Positions 41,341-54,572 of a stretch of DNA of 64,000 nt are shown one piece after another. Source of the stretch: Octopus vulgaris (taxonomy: Eukaryota); contig OX597817.1 of NCBI GenBank assembly GCA_951406725.2, positions 92,132,001 to 92,196,000 on the forward strand. Reading direction: 5' to 3'. Position 1 is the first letter of the stretch. Every line of letters starts with the position of its first letter. The notes under the pieces were generated by a model. The model did no database searches and had not been told where the DNA came from. It saw only the letters and a program-made list of their open reading frames with translations. The translations under genes were made by a program, and so were the position numbers.

Positions 41341-42420
41341 AATTTTAAGTAAAGTTTAATAAGAAATTATTCATGCAAGTTCAAGGTGCAGTGATTGGTG
41401 TCAGTGTAGCTGGAGATGTGGCCAGCCTCTTCATGACCTAGTGGGACAGAAAACTTGAGCAATCCTTCATCATCATTCATCATTGTTCGACCATGGTCGA
41501 GACAATGGAATTTACCATGCTATGCCAGACTTCACGGTCCATCATAGCATTACAGAGGTCCTGTTGCTGGATGCCTGTATCCCTGGAGATTACATCAGTG
41601 TAGGAGAGTGTGCACCCTCTGGTTTTGCGAGTAGATGGCTTCCAGAGGAGAAGAGTAGAAATTGCCTCGTTTTCAGCTCTACAACAATGTCCAACAAACT
41701 GGACTCTCCTACCTTTCACAAGAGAATGCACAGATGGTAGTTTCCCATATATTTGCATTTTGGTTGGATGACGCTTCCACAAGAGATTTTGAGCTCTCAT
41801 AAGGAGGCGAGTGTAGGTTCCATCCAACCGCCTCTCAAGCTTCTTTGATAACGTCCAGGTTTCTGAGCCATATAGTAGAATTGGTTAGACTGTGGCTTTG
41901 AAGATTTCAAGTTTGAAGTTTCTACTTAGATTTGATGACCAGATCTTATGCATATCATTACCGGCTGACCATTACAGCAATCCTTAGCAGAACAGTCCCC
42001 AACTCTTCTACTTTACAGTAGGTATATGGATGACATAAATATCCTAGTTGAGACCAACTCTAGTATAAACTGAGAGGAGTATAATGGAAAGCATCCAGCA
42101 AGTAGCTAACTCTATCCAACAAAGTATCAAGATAACTATATATTGCCCACTAGGCATCCCATCAATATACTCCCCATCCTTGATACAGAACTTTGGTTGG
42201 AGACTGAAAAACAGCTTCGAAATATTTTGTTCACAAGAACTCAGCTTTGTCACTCAACTTGAAAACTGACATACTGATAGCAGACTTAGGATAATGAACT
42301 ACGTTTCCCCACTATGCAAACGCTATGAAACAAAAAATCATGCACAGAACTTCATGCACTGCATGCAATTCTCTGGTTATGATGTGAAAGATAGGGTTTG
42401 ATTATACAGGGGTGCTAGAA
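41340..42420 (+). pseudogene. Penelope-like reverse transcriptase fragment interrupted by an RTE-like insertion
   Basis: Translates MQVQGAVIGVSVAGDVASLFM.WD [insert] LLYSRYMDDINI ... PILDTELW ... MQFSGY. Confidence 0.7.
41468..41975 (-). mobile_element. 5'-truncated RTE-like LINE of a second family with a 10-bp TSD
   Basis: Translates LLYGSETW..DGTYTRLL..RRVQFVGHC and has a short GAT-type tail. AGCAATCCTT occurs at 41458-41467 and 41976-41985. Confidence 0.85.
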
Positions 42421-43169
42421 AGAATACATATGGAGACACACGTCCACACATACGCACAGTACATAGTCACAAAAACCCATACACACGCGCAAAGAGATGC
42501 ACAAACACATGAATATGCAGAATACATACATGCAAACATACACACACACACATACATATATACATACGCACACATGCATACACAATTATATGCATGCATA
42601 CATGTGTATGCGCACACACTAACCCACACACATGCGCACAAACAAAAAACACATCTTGAATAACAGATGGAGTCAGCAACTATTGAAAAAGTTGCAAGAT
42701 GCAACAAAAGTTTTAGAAAAAATAAGTAAATGAGTGGAAATTTTACCGGTGAGCGTGTTAAATTATAAGGCACTAAAAGAGAATGACTCTCTCCTGATAC
42801 AACAGTATCTGTATGGAGATATCGCAAAGCGATGAAAATGTTTTGACAAATTAAATTTAAATGATGAAGTGAACCTAACAGTTTTTGTGTGTTTTCAAAT
42901 GGCTTATAAACACCTTCCACACTGCAGTTGTTTTTGTTTCAGCATACAATCTCAGATCAGGTCACTTGCTATGCATGTACATCTCTGTAATATATATATA
43001 CTTATGTGTGTGTATATATACATAGATATAGATATAGATATATATTTATATATGTGTATGTATGTTTGTATACATATATGTTTGTGTGTGTGTCTTTGTG
43101 TTTGCCTCCCTCCACTGCTTGACAGCTTATGGAGTTTATGCCTACTCTTTTCTTGCATATGAAGCAAAG

Positions 43170-43980
43170 CAATTTCCCTGAAGATATTAGGATCTTACCT
43201 CCTTTCCTTCTTACTAATAACTTTTTTTAAGGCCTAGCTTCCTCACCTGGAATTTCCTCTCTAAAATCCCCTATAGATTCAGCTATGATAACTAAATCAT
43301 CAGCACATAGAAGCTCACATGGACATCTTTTGTGATGACCTGCAGAACTATGATGAATAGTTGAGGAATGAGGACTAAGCCTTGAGAAATTCCCACCTCC
43401 ATACCAAAGTAATCACTGAAATTAATGCTAACTCTCACTCCACTTACTGCATCTTTGTGCATAACTTGCATAGCCTTCACAAACCATTTATTTACACTGA
43501 GATTCCTCATTATTCTCTGGGATCCCTGTCAAATACCTTCTCCAAATCACTGAAAGATCGGAGTACAGTTTATTCTGAGCTGGCTATTTTTTATGCAGTT
43601 GCCTCTCTAAGAAGATTGCATTTGCAGTGCCTTTTCTAAGCAGGAAGCTAAACTGTATCTCTTTTAGTTTTATGTACTTTTAGATAACTTGTGTTTTGAC
43701 TCTCTCTGTGACCTTCATGACCTCCTGATATAGTTGTTCAATTTTCCAATACTTGCTTCTCACTAAGGTATCTTCCTTTGTTGTGGTTTACAATGATACT
43801 GCTCCACTAGTCATTGGATATGACACCTTCCTGTATCTCTTGACTAATTGTCCTAGTGGTAATCATATATTTTACCTTACACGATATTTTTAGCACCTCT
43901 TCAATTACCTCTGGACTGATCTGTTGCTTTCTCTATCAGTAAGTTTGTTAGTATCTTATTCCCACTCACCATATTCCTTC
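43170..43980 (-). mobile_element. Old RTE RT fragment
   Basis: W.VKAMQVMHKDAVSGVRV..VGISQGLVL.PQLFIIVLQ resembles the young RTE. Confidence 0.7.
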
Positions 43981-45077
43981 TCTTTGTTGTCTTTCATTTT
44001 TGTGTCTGCGTAACTCTAACTCTGAAGTCACTCGCCATTAATGTATGTTGTATGGTGCATTCTTGACCAGGAAAGGTTTTTGGTTTTTACAATAGTTGTT
44101 TTGTCCAATTTCCTAATGAGGCATTCCTATCACTCCTCCTCCTCCTGTCTCATGTCTTTCGTCGCATCATTGTCATTTATGCATCTAGTTCTGAGAAGAG
44201 GTTGATAAATGCACAGTGATGTGGAGTTGTGAGCTCCCTTTTGTTACGTCAAGGATATGGCTACCTCTCTAATATTGGTATCCTGAAAAATGCTTCCAGT
44301 AAAGTTGTGAAAACATGACAACCCTAACCCTAATGTCGGTTTGATGAAGAAAGCACCCCATAAACTGTGTAAAGTAGTTATTAAGAAGGATATCTTGCCA
44401 TAGAAACCTAGCTAAAAATCCAGCACAATACAAGTTCCCCCAATTTGTCTAGGTGCGTTGTTCCCCTGAAGATACACTGATTCTATACTGACATAGAAAA
44501 CAATATGTACACGTGATATTACACACATACATGCACGTATGAGAATACATGAATTGGATCCAGCCAATTCCACAGAGCAAATACACTGTTGCAGAAGTAG
44601 AAAAGGTAGAGAGGGAAGACGTATCTGTAGGTCAAAGGTTTGTGTGTTTGTAAGTGGTTTAATGCAAAACAATAAAATAGCCTATCTCTGGATGCAATCT
44701 AGGATGTGTGTACATGTGTATGGGGCAGCATCTCAGTTGTGTAAGCAATACTCCATTGTTGGTCTATATAAGCTTTATAGAGATTTATTACTTGTTGGCT
44801 GAAATATCTTCTGATCCTAATGAGAAAGTCCAGTATTTAAGTTGTAATCTTTGCTATGTTAAGGATGTATATTTACTGGAGCTGATTCTCAGTGAAATAC
44901 CTAACATGTGAAGGAATCACAACAAAAGCTCTAGTTGTTGCTTATATTTAAGATTAGGCATAGTACTGTTTTCTTGATGTGCTTTTATTTGTTGAAAGAG
45001 TCAATATTGGTGTGACACAATAGAATGTTTTTGAGATCTGTGTTTATGGAGTCATTACAGATTTGGTTTGAAATAAC

Positions 45078-45600
45078 TCATTTGCATATTGCTGATGCAT
45101 GAGTGCAGAAAGTTAGAAACGGATAAAAGGTATTATCATATGTCTTGAAGTAAGTGCTATTAGAAGTGACAGCAAGCAAGTTGATGTACATGAAGAAGAG
45201 TATTGGAAACAAAATTGAACCCTGGGGCACACTGGAGTTGATTGCGTGGCTTAGAGAGATCTCTAGCAGCACCACTTTGTGCAATCTGATGTAAAATCAC
45301 TAATCTAAAAGATGAGAGATGTATAAAGCCCATAGGTTTGAACAGATGTTGAGCAACTGCTTCTACTAAACTCTTCAAAGGAAGACACCACTGGTGTGTG
45401 TCAGAGAAAAGTAAACTTCCAATAGATATGGCTTTACAAAATCTTTGTAAGTGGTGATTGAGAGGGAGAGAGATTTAAAGTGTTGGAGAATGTTATTGAT
45501 TTAAACAGGTTGTGTATTTCACGAGAGGTATAGTAACAAAAGGGTTAGGAGTATAATTGTCTTGATTGAATAACTGAAATACTCCTCATCAACTCCTGTG
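45078..45600 (-). mobile_element. Old CR1/L2-type RT fragment
   Basis: Translates INSSVPQGSILFPILFFMYIN. Confidence 0.55.
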
Positions 45601-46737
45601 ATTTTACATTTTTATTATGCATTCAAATAGATATACTTTTCATTAGAAAAAGATTTGACTGCTGTTTTTAACAAGTCCAATGCTGCCATATGTCACAGAT
45701 GTCTTTGGGTGACAGATTAACATCACACCTCTTCTTTTGAAAATGCAATGTGTCTTGCTTAAGGTTAAAAAAAGCCATTTGTGTTTGTGTGAAAACAAGT
45801 AAGATGCATGTGGTAGTGTGTGAAGTGGAGAAAACCATTCATTCATAAATTTCAACTTGGCATATCAATAAAAACAATTCTGGTCATACATTGTGTTGTT
45901 TCTGCTCTGTATTTCACTTCTTTTTACCTTTTTATTACTGGCAGTTGATCATCTTTCACTTCACTCCCTCATTCTTTCTTTTCTTTACTTTTTTGGTTTG
46001 TTTTCTTTTTGTTCACTCCACTTAGAGCTCAGCACACTCTGTTTTAGTCAATTATTTTTTCTTTTTACTTTAATGTTTATTCTATGTTCTCTATCTTCTC
46101 AACTATCTTTTTGTACATTCTTTCACCCTCTTTTGCTTTACTCTCTAATTTATCTTTTTCTGTTTTTTCTAGATTTTTCAAGTATTTCATCTTTTCCTTT
46201 TATTTCTCTCACTTCTATCACAGCATCCACTTCCTCATATTCCTTTTCCTTTCTTCAATCCTGCTGCCTATCTCCCATTTTTATCTTCATTAGTGCTCAC
46301 CACCCAACTTGCCTATCCACTTCTCCACACTATCTACTTACTTCTTCCTGAAAGAGATGGAAGATTGATGAAATAGTGATACTGTTCCATCACAGCTAAG
46401 CCAATTTCTGAAGTCAGTTCAGCATTTGGAAGAGGAAAACAACATTCACATTAGTGACTGGTTGAATATATTAACAGTTATATAACAGTACATGGCTAAC
46501 TATCCTTTCACCCAATAACTTCCTGATGCCCTCTATTGCACCACCTGCTAAAATAAAGTTCTCCCTTCTAAATGTAGTGGTTCTTAACTATGTGTGCTCC
46601 GACTTTGATCAAGAGAAATAATTAGGATGTTGTGCATTGGGACAAATGATTAAATTACAGAATTCAGAGTAGCCTTGCTATTTTTTAAATATGTCTTCTC
46701 TTCTCACCTGTTAGCTAAGTCTTGTAATTCTCTGTTG

Positions 46738-46900
46738 ATAAATCTCATACCCCTCTGCAGAGTAAATCTCATTGTAAATTTCATACTTCTCTCTCAGGTA
46801 AATCTCATACTCCTTTGTCAGGTAAATCTCATATTCTTCTGTCAGGTAAATCTCATACTCTTCTCTGTTAGGTAAATCTCATACTCTTCTGTCAGGTAAA
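46738..46900. repeat. ~24-bp minisatellite (AGGTAAATCTCATACTCTTCTGTC)n
   Basis: Four to five good units plus degenerate ones. Confidence 0.85.
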
Positions 46901-47729
46901 TTTGATTCCACTCTTAAATAACTTTCATATTCCTCTGTTGGGTAATTTTTTTTCTTTCTCTGCTAGATAAGTTTCATAGTTGTCAAGCCAATGTGATTAG
47001 TGTTCCCTGTAAAGGAAATATAGGAAAGAAGAAATCCTCACGTGACTCTTCATTTTCTGTTGAATTATTTCCCCTGCTACTGCCTTGTTACTACTGGGGA
47101 GAAAACTCATATAGTAACATGATGCACTTGCAATGTGCTAAAGGTTAACTGCAATAATCTCGGCTATGGTCTAATGTTCCTATGAACAATTCCTGTTACT
47201 CATTGTAGATTAGCTCACTTCTATGAATCAATATGTATTGGCAGTATCTTCCTCTCAACATTTCTGAACAAAAGTTTTCTGTCAGCAATTGTGTGTTGAG
47301 TTCGGGTTTCTTTTCATTCTTTCTTTCAATATACACCAGTTCCTTTTTCCAATTTTTTTCAGCAATAGGCTAACTTTATATAAGTCAAAATGTCAGGAGA
47401 ATAAAGTAAGCAGTACAGTGCCAGAGTAATTGCTTTGTGATATTTTGTTATGTTTATATCCCAATTCAATAAATTAATTATCAGTAGAGAGTGCATTCAA
47501 TAAGCTATATATCTACTAATTTGTGGTTTTTGTGCCAATATACAAAATAACTATTTTTATTTTCACTGAAAATCAGTAATACCATGCTGCTTATTGACTA
47601 AGTTTTCAATGTTAAATGTACTGCTTTGATTATTTTCTTGCTTTCCACAGTAGTTCATTGGCTTATAAAGACATGGAACATCAGAGCTACAGCTAATTTC
47701 AAACACACACACACACTCTCTCCCTCTCT

Positions 47730-47763
<34 letters not shown>

Positions 47764-48449
47764 TAAATGAAAAAGAAAATAATTGAGGCAATGGTTGAGA
47801 GGTAGAGGTTAAGATGTTTGTTTTGCAACTACATAGTTTCAGGTTTGATCCCACCACACACACTTTGGAAGGGTCTTCTACTAATAACTTTATACCTGGA
47901 ATCTAGAGGGTAGAAACTATGCAGAAGCCCTTTGTAGCATTAACATCATTTTATAATCTGCTTACCATGCTAGCATTGATTAGATGGGACATCTCAGTCT
48001 GAGCCAGTTCTTATTCGGAGTTGCCTCTTAGCTGAGTCAGAGTTGTTCATACATTCCATTTTGGCATGGTTTCTGCAGTTGGATGACCTTCTCAACAGTA
48101 ACTGTTTGCAGAGAGTATTGGGTGAATATTAATGTTGCACCAGCTCTAGAAACTTTGTTATACCCTCAAGAATATTAAGGGATCCTCTCAAACCTACTTT
48201 GCCTCATGCATGTTATCTAGGTTAATTTTCTTCCTAATCAATTGTGTTATAATTTTTTCTTTAGCTTTCATAACATGGTTCAAGAATTTGATGCCTTTCT
48301 CTCTCTTGTGTATCCTTGCTTTTGTATCCTTTATTGCACCTCCAACCATACTACTAACAACTTGAATGGCTGGTGTTGGCAGAAAGGAACTCAACTTGGA
48401 CTCCCTCGTGATTTAAATCCAAAAAGTGACCACCAGCATTATCCTTAAC

Positions 48450-49220
48450 AAGCAACACTTTGAATTTCATGCAGACATTTTGGAGATATTCTTTGGCTTG
48501 AGGGATGAAGCATTGGTGGAACCAATTCAGAGTTAGACTCTTGATAATCTAAGCCTTGGGGTTGGGCATCCAGTGGTCAGGCAGCAGGTTTTTATTCTTA
48601 TCTTTGAAGGCACTCAGATTCGTGGACTTGTAGATAAGTCCTGGTTTCATTATGAAGCCAGTAGCATTGCCACACATAATTAGCATCACTCTGTCCTACT
48701 GTGCCTTGAATCCTTGGGCTCTGGCTTTGTCCTTCATGATGTATGTTCTGGAAGGCATCTTCTTCCAGAACAAGCCAGTCTCACCAATATTGAAAACCTG
48801 TTCCATCTTGTATCTCTTGTCCTCGATGACCTACCTGAATGTCTTGAGGTACTTTTCGGTGGCTTCTTTGTTGGCTGATGCTATCTCTCCATGCAAGGAA
48901 ACACACTATTTTAAACCGTGTGCTTTCTCGCAAATTATGTTACTGCTTAAGATGTTCTTCTTGCAGTCACTGATCCACAATGCCAAGGCAGATTCCATCC
49001 TGACAAAGTGCTTATTTCTCACTATCGTTAACTTTTTCACATGTTCACAGAAACTTATTGCTATGGTAGTCCTGATTGCCACTTTGTTTTTCTTTATGTA
49101 GCATATGTATGGTGCTTTCGTTGACAACATAATAGCTACCTACTGCAGCATAACTTTCTTGGAACATATCCTGCCTGAAGCCTTAGAAGGTGTAGGGTGA
49201 TTGGGTGGCATCTTAGGGCT
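48450..49220 (-). mobile_element. Pogo/Tigger-like transposase fossil
   Basis: Minus strand translates MESALALWISDC..ICEKA (CENP-B-type HTH) and VFNIGETGLFWKKMPSRTYI..AQGFK..MLIMCGNATG..KPGLIYKS. Confidence 0.75.
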
Positions 49221-52200
49221 TTAATTACATGCCACGTAAAACATAGCACTCAAAATACTGGAGATAGCTACTGGAAGCAATTTTTCCAAAAAAAAATAAC
49301 CCATATAAAAATCTTCATTACGCCTAATATGTGCATACCACAAATGGGAGATTGAACAGAGATAATTAAAAATAATCATAGTTTTGAAAAATTTAGTTTG
49401 TATTACGATTAGATACAGTAATCTGTACAATAATAAATAATAAGAGAGAGAGAGGGACCAGCAAATAACCTAATTTCCATGAGGCTATGTTGGCTCATGG
49501 CCTTAAAAATTATCCTGTTGAAATAAACTATGTGTATGTCCAAATGTAGCATTGATTTACAAAAAATGCTGGTATAAAATTAACATTCAGTCATGTGTTG
49601 TATATTTTTGATCTGTCATCGCTACCCCAAGTAATACTGGTGTGATACACTACATATATGTATGCGTGTGTGTGTGTGTGTATACTTTCACTACAATGAG
49701 CGGTTGGTGTTGTTGAGGGAGAAGTACAGCAAGAGACGGAGAGATTGTGTGCATGTGTGAAATATAGATAGATGTCCACTATACTAATTTAGCATGCTTT
49801 GACTGAGAGCAAGAATAAGAGATACATGATACAGTGTACTTGTATCTAAAAAAAATCAAGCAACATGATGTGTGACTATTCTAATCAGAGGGAGCTTCAG
49901 CTGTGAAGGGGCATCCAGTAAGCCAGCAAGTACGGTATATTGTTATTAATAATTTAGCCTTAAAAAGTGTGAAAAAATATAATTGCCATGTAAAAAGCCA
50001 TAAAAAATAGCAGATGATATTTACGATTCCATAAATATGTACTGGCTTCCTTGAACAATTATCAGTTCTGTGTGTAACCAGGACCACAAATAAGTAGGGG
50101 TACACTGTAATTTCACTTTGAGATGATAAAAAAAAATATACATATTGCAGATAGAAGTAGAAAAGATTTTACTGGTGTTAAAAATGAAATCCATGTAGTG
50201 GCAGGTTTTTCTATTTTTTCATGAAATAAGAATTCACATTTTTTATGCCTAATATTAATTATCTAGTCCCACCCCCGCAAATTTTAAGCATTCTTTGAAA
50301 ACTTTTCTGTTGAAATACATTGAAATATAGTTATGTTGAAATTTTAAAGAATTAATAAGATTATTTTAACTAGATAAGAATTAAATTTTGTAGAATTTGA
50401 GTAAATGATCTTTTGGGATTTAATTACCTGAAATGTCTCGCTTGTGTGTGTGAGAGAGACACTGATAATCCTATTGTAAATTTATTATTACTGAATTAAA
50501 AAAAATATAATTCAGTAAAAAAACAATGTTCCAGTAATATTTTTGATGTAATTTTAGTTAATTTATTTTCAATATGTATCATTACTTCTTATTAATCAGT
50601 TTATCATTACTCTTCATTATTCCATTTTTTTTTTCATTTTTTTACTGAATTATTCCTTTTTTTTCCCCCCTTGAAGTTTGCAGCATTTATGAATATATTT
50701 TGATGCACGTACCTCCCTTCATATTAAATTCATTCCAAATATATCTCCTCGGTTACCTGTGAAACTGTACATGCCCTAAGTTATTGAATATTCTCTACAT
50801 TTGCCCAGTTATTCCACTTCTTGGTCTCCACATCTTGGATTACTGTGATTACTCTTAACATCTACTGTGTACAAGGCAATTACCTTCTTCTGTTAGTGCC
50901 CTAACAGAAAACCCCCTTTGTACTCCCAGTGCATACTGTAAAGTAGTTGGTAAATGAGAAAGCATACTATTTGCGATGGCCCTTTAGTCCTGTCTTAAGG
51001 ACGTATTAGCCTCTTATGTTGCTGTCACAACAAAATGCACTTAGTACATTTTGTAAAGTGGTTGGCAATAGGAAAGGTATCCTGCTGTAGAATAAAGCTA
51101 AATGGTATATGTGAACAACAGTCTCCGAGAGCAGCAGCTCCCTACAAGAAATGACTGAGATCATGACAATCTAACCAATCCATGCCGTCATCAAAAATGG
51201 ACATATACACACCCAAACACACACACATCTTGAAATTTGAGTCAGTTATTCTGATTGTATATCATTTACTGAAAAATTAATTCCTATTTGATATCACTAT
51301 CTAAATTTATCTTATACCCTTTTTACATTCCTCTTTCTCACATTCTTCACTCCTATTTTTATATTGCTATATAAATTTATATATTTTTCTGTTTTAAGAG
51401 TCAGCTACTGGCGATTGTCTTATAATAACTAATGTTTAATTATTCCTGTTTCAAATACAGGGAAACTTGCTTGAACAAAGAAAATAATTTAACAAGTTCC
51501 TGTTATGAGAGAAAGTGACTTGTGACCTCTTACAGCTAGATAGTACTATTCTTATTTCACCATTTAAGTATGCCCTCCCTCCCTGTTAATGAAATCCTGA
51601 CAAGTCCTAAAATTAAATACACAGGTTCCCATGTGAGCCACTTTATGAAACAACATGAGATTTATAAAAAAAAATTTGTGATTTTCTTTTGTCCAAGCTT
51701 TTTTTTTTTTTTTTTGCTGATTTTTGGATCTTGTTTGCATTTGTTTTTATGCTTTCAAGGTCTTAGTTATTTATTCTAGAAAGTTATGCAGCTTGTGGCC
51801 AAGGGTAAAATTATCCCAATGTTAACTGACAACCAGTTTGCTCTCAGCGATATTGTTGTTTACAATGGAGAATATTTGAGCTAGGCAGTATTAACAGGGC
51901 AAATACAAAAGTAGCTTAAATAACTGGTTTTTGTCTAACACAGCAATAGAAGGGAGCGTAAAAATCAATATTTTAGATTAAGTTCCATAAATGAAGGCTG
52001 CTGATTCAATTAAATTCTTTTAACTGAGCTGATACGTTTATCATAACTGTATAAGGTTAAATTATCTTCCTCTGTAGATTTTTTTAATTTTTTAAAAGAA
52101 GCTACTTCACCTACTGTGGCTTAAGGATCAAATCTTGTTTGTTAATGTTGGTACTATGTACAAATTGAAGTTAAAAAGAAACTGTAAAAGTCAACAAAAG

Positions 52201-52389
52201 ATTTTCTATAGTCCTTCCAAATTTTCTGTCAGTACTAAGTGCTAGCTTGATTTCTTTTATAGACACAGTATCTCAAATTTTCAGCAGATTAGTTAAATTA
52301 GTTAAATGTTAAAGTTGACCTAATCATATTTATGTAACTGGAATTTTGCAATATTATTTTATTCACATAGTTTTACATGTTTATACTTT

Positions 52390-53172
52390 TATTGCCTTCA
52401 AAGTATTCTCCATTTGAAGCAATGCATTGATCCGGGCATGTTTTCCACTATTCGAAGCAGTACTGGAACTCTTGCAAAGTGATGTCTTTTAATGCCTCCA
52501 TAGTTTTTTCTTCACCTTTTCCACATCTGCAAATTCCATAGCACCAGCTTTCATCACCAGTGATGACCTTCAAAAAAAGGTCCAGATAAACTTCCAGCTG
52601 TTCTTTCAGTTCATGACACATGTTCGGTTGTGACTGCTTTTGATCTTCCAAGGCACGAATTTTACTACAACTCTTCACAATTCCTCACTTGAAATCTGTT
52701 GGCAGGAGCTCCAGGACACATCAGTTGTATCAACAAGTTTGTCAGTTGTTCAGTAACAGTCCTCCAATTTTATTCGTTTGGGATATCGATGGTTGTCCTG
52801 AACAAAGTTAATCTTCAAGCGACAAGTGACCATTCCGTAAGTATGGAAACCACTTGCAAACTTGTTTTGTTCATGGCAGCATCCTTGTAAGCTGTTTTAA
52901 ACATGACAACTATTTTGGCTACCGTTTTCCTCAGCAGAAAACAATTTCATGGAAGCACGCTGTTCCTTCATTTCAGCCATCGCAAAAATCAACGAACGGA
53001 GGAGAAGCACTGCAAAACAAAGACACACCACATGGCAGTACAACTTCACCTGACGACACCTATCAGCAGACCAATACCTGAAAGTTGCATCAAATGGTTT
53101 CTAGCAGCAGAAGCCTGAATTACAACAGGTTTTTCCCACAGGAAACGTTTCTGGTTACTTTTGGATACCTTG
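52390..53172 (-). mobile_element. Mariner-like transposon fossil
   Basis: Translates FLKVITGDESWCYG..ITLQEFQYCFE. Confidence 0.65.
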
Positions 53173-53249
53173 TATATCAATAGATGGCTATGGCTATACT
53201 TGAAATGAGATGAAGAAGTATGACATAGACTTGTAGCAACCACAAGCTC

Positions 53250-53520
53250 TCATCATCATTATCATTTAATGTCTGCTTTCCATGCTGGCATGAGTTGGAC
53301 AGTTTGAGGACTAGCAACCCAGGAGGATGCACTAGGCTTCAATCTGAATTGGCAAGGTTTCTACAGCTGGTTGCCCTTCCTAATGCCAACCACTCCAAGA
53401 GTGTAGTGGCTGCTTTTTACATGCCACCAGCACAGATGCCTGTCTGGTAGCACTAGCATCGGCCATAACTACGATTTCACTTGACTCAACAGGTCTTCTC
53501 AAGCACAGCACATTGCCCAA
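53250..53520 (-). mobile_element. RTE 3'-UTR-derived fragment
   Basis: CAT tail and the TTTCTACAGCTGG.TGCCCTTCCTAATGCCAACCACT module. Confidence 0.75.
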
Positions 53521-54572
53521 TGATCTAAGTGGAGAGAGTTATCACGCCCAGACTGAAATACAACACCACTTAGTCAACCACTACATGTGCTCTGTAGTCC
53601 TCTACTTATCCAGTCAGTGGATATACTATATCAGCACAGTTAACACATGACCACTGTAGGCAGCCTGTACATAATCACTTGATTTGCAACTGTGAAATGA
53701 TATGTTGAAGACACAACTCACTGAAACTCACCTCTTACTCTTTGGTACTTGTTAATCATTTCTACAATATTGTGTCTTGGTGTTTTTATTGTTATTTCCA
53801 CTTGCCAAACAGCTTTGTTCCAATCATGATTGTCTTTCATTGAAGCAATGTATTGAGAATATTTAAGATATCAGGCTGTGATTTGACAGCAATTTGGTTC
53901 CTATTTCTAGTAACTAGAGCAGCCTTGTTAGTTTGTCCAATATATTGATTGCAGAAATGATTGGTGAGCTCTGTCTTTTTTTTTTTTTTTTTTTTCAATA
54001 TTGAGTCAAGCTTACAATGTGAACTTCAGCACAGTTACTTGATTTGCTCATTGTTGCAGTTGAATTTCCCTTCAATAACTCCCACATCACTCCTTTTAAA
54101 ATCTTCCAGTAAACTTATCAATAAACTTGCTTGTCACTGAAATGAAGAACATATGTTTAATCCTTAAATATTATGAGAGTTTGCCAATAATAAAAGCAAC
54201 ATTTCCATAGCTAGAGTACCAATCTAACGATTCTTTGACCTGCTACATTTTAGCTCTGCCTTCTCTAACAGAACTGACTACAGATAATCAACAGCCACAT
54301 TAATATTGGTTGAAGGGACTAAGCTAAAATAGATTTTCTGGATGTGTAATGCTAACTTGCAGGAAAGCTGAAACATGGAGTGTCAAGTATTGCCCAATAT
54401 ATGCAGGTTATAAAACTTGACAGGTATAGACTGAGCTTCCTATTGATTTATATCAGGCATGGTGGTGGACATATATATCCCATGAATTAAAAGATTTGTG
54501 TGGCATTGTACTATTAATATATATTTCAAAGCTAATAATATCTTAGATCATTACTTGTGTCCTCAGCTACCT

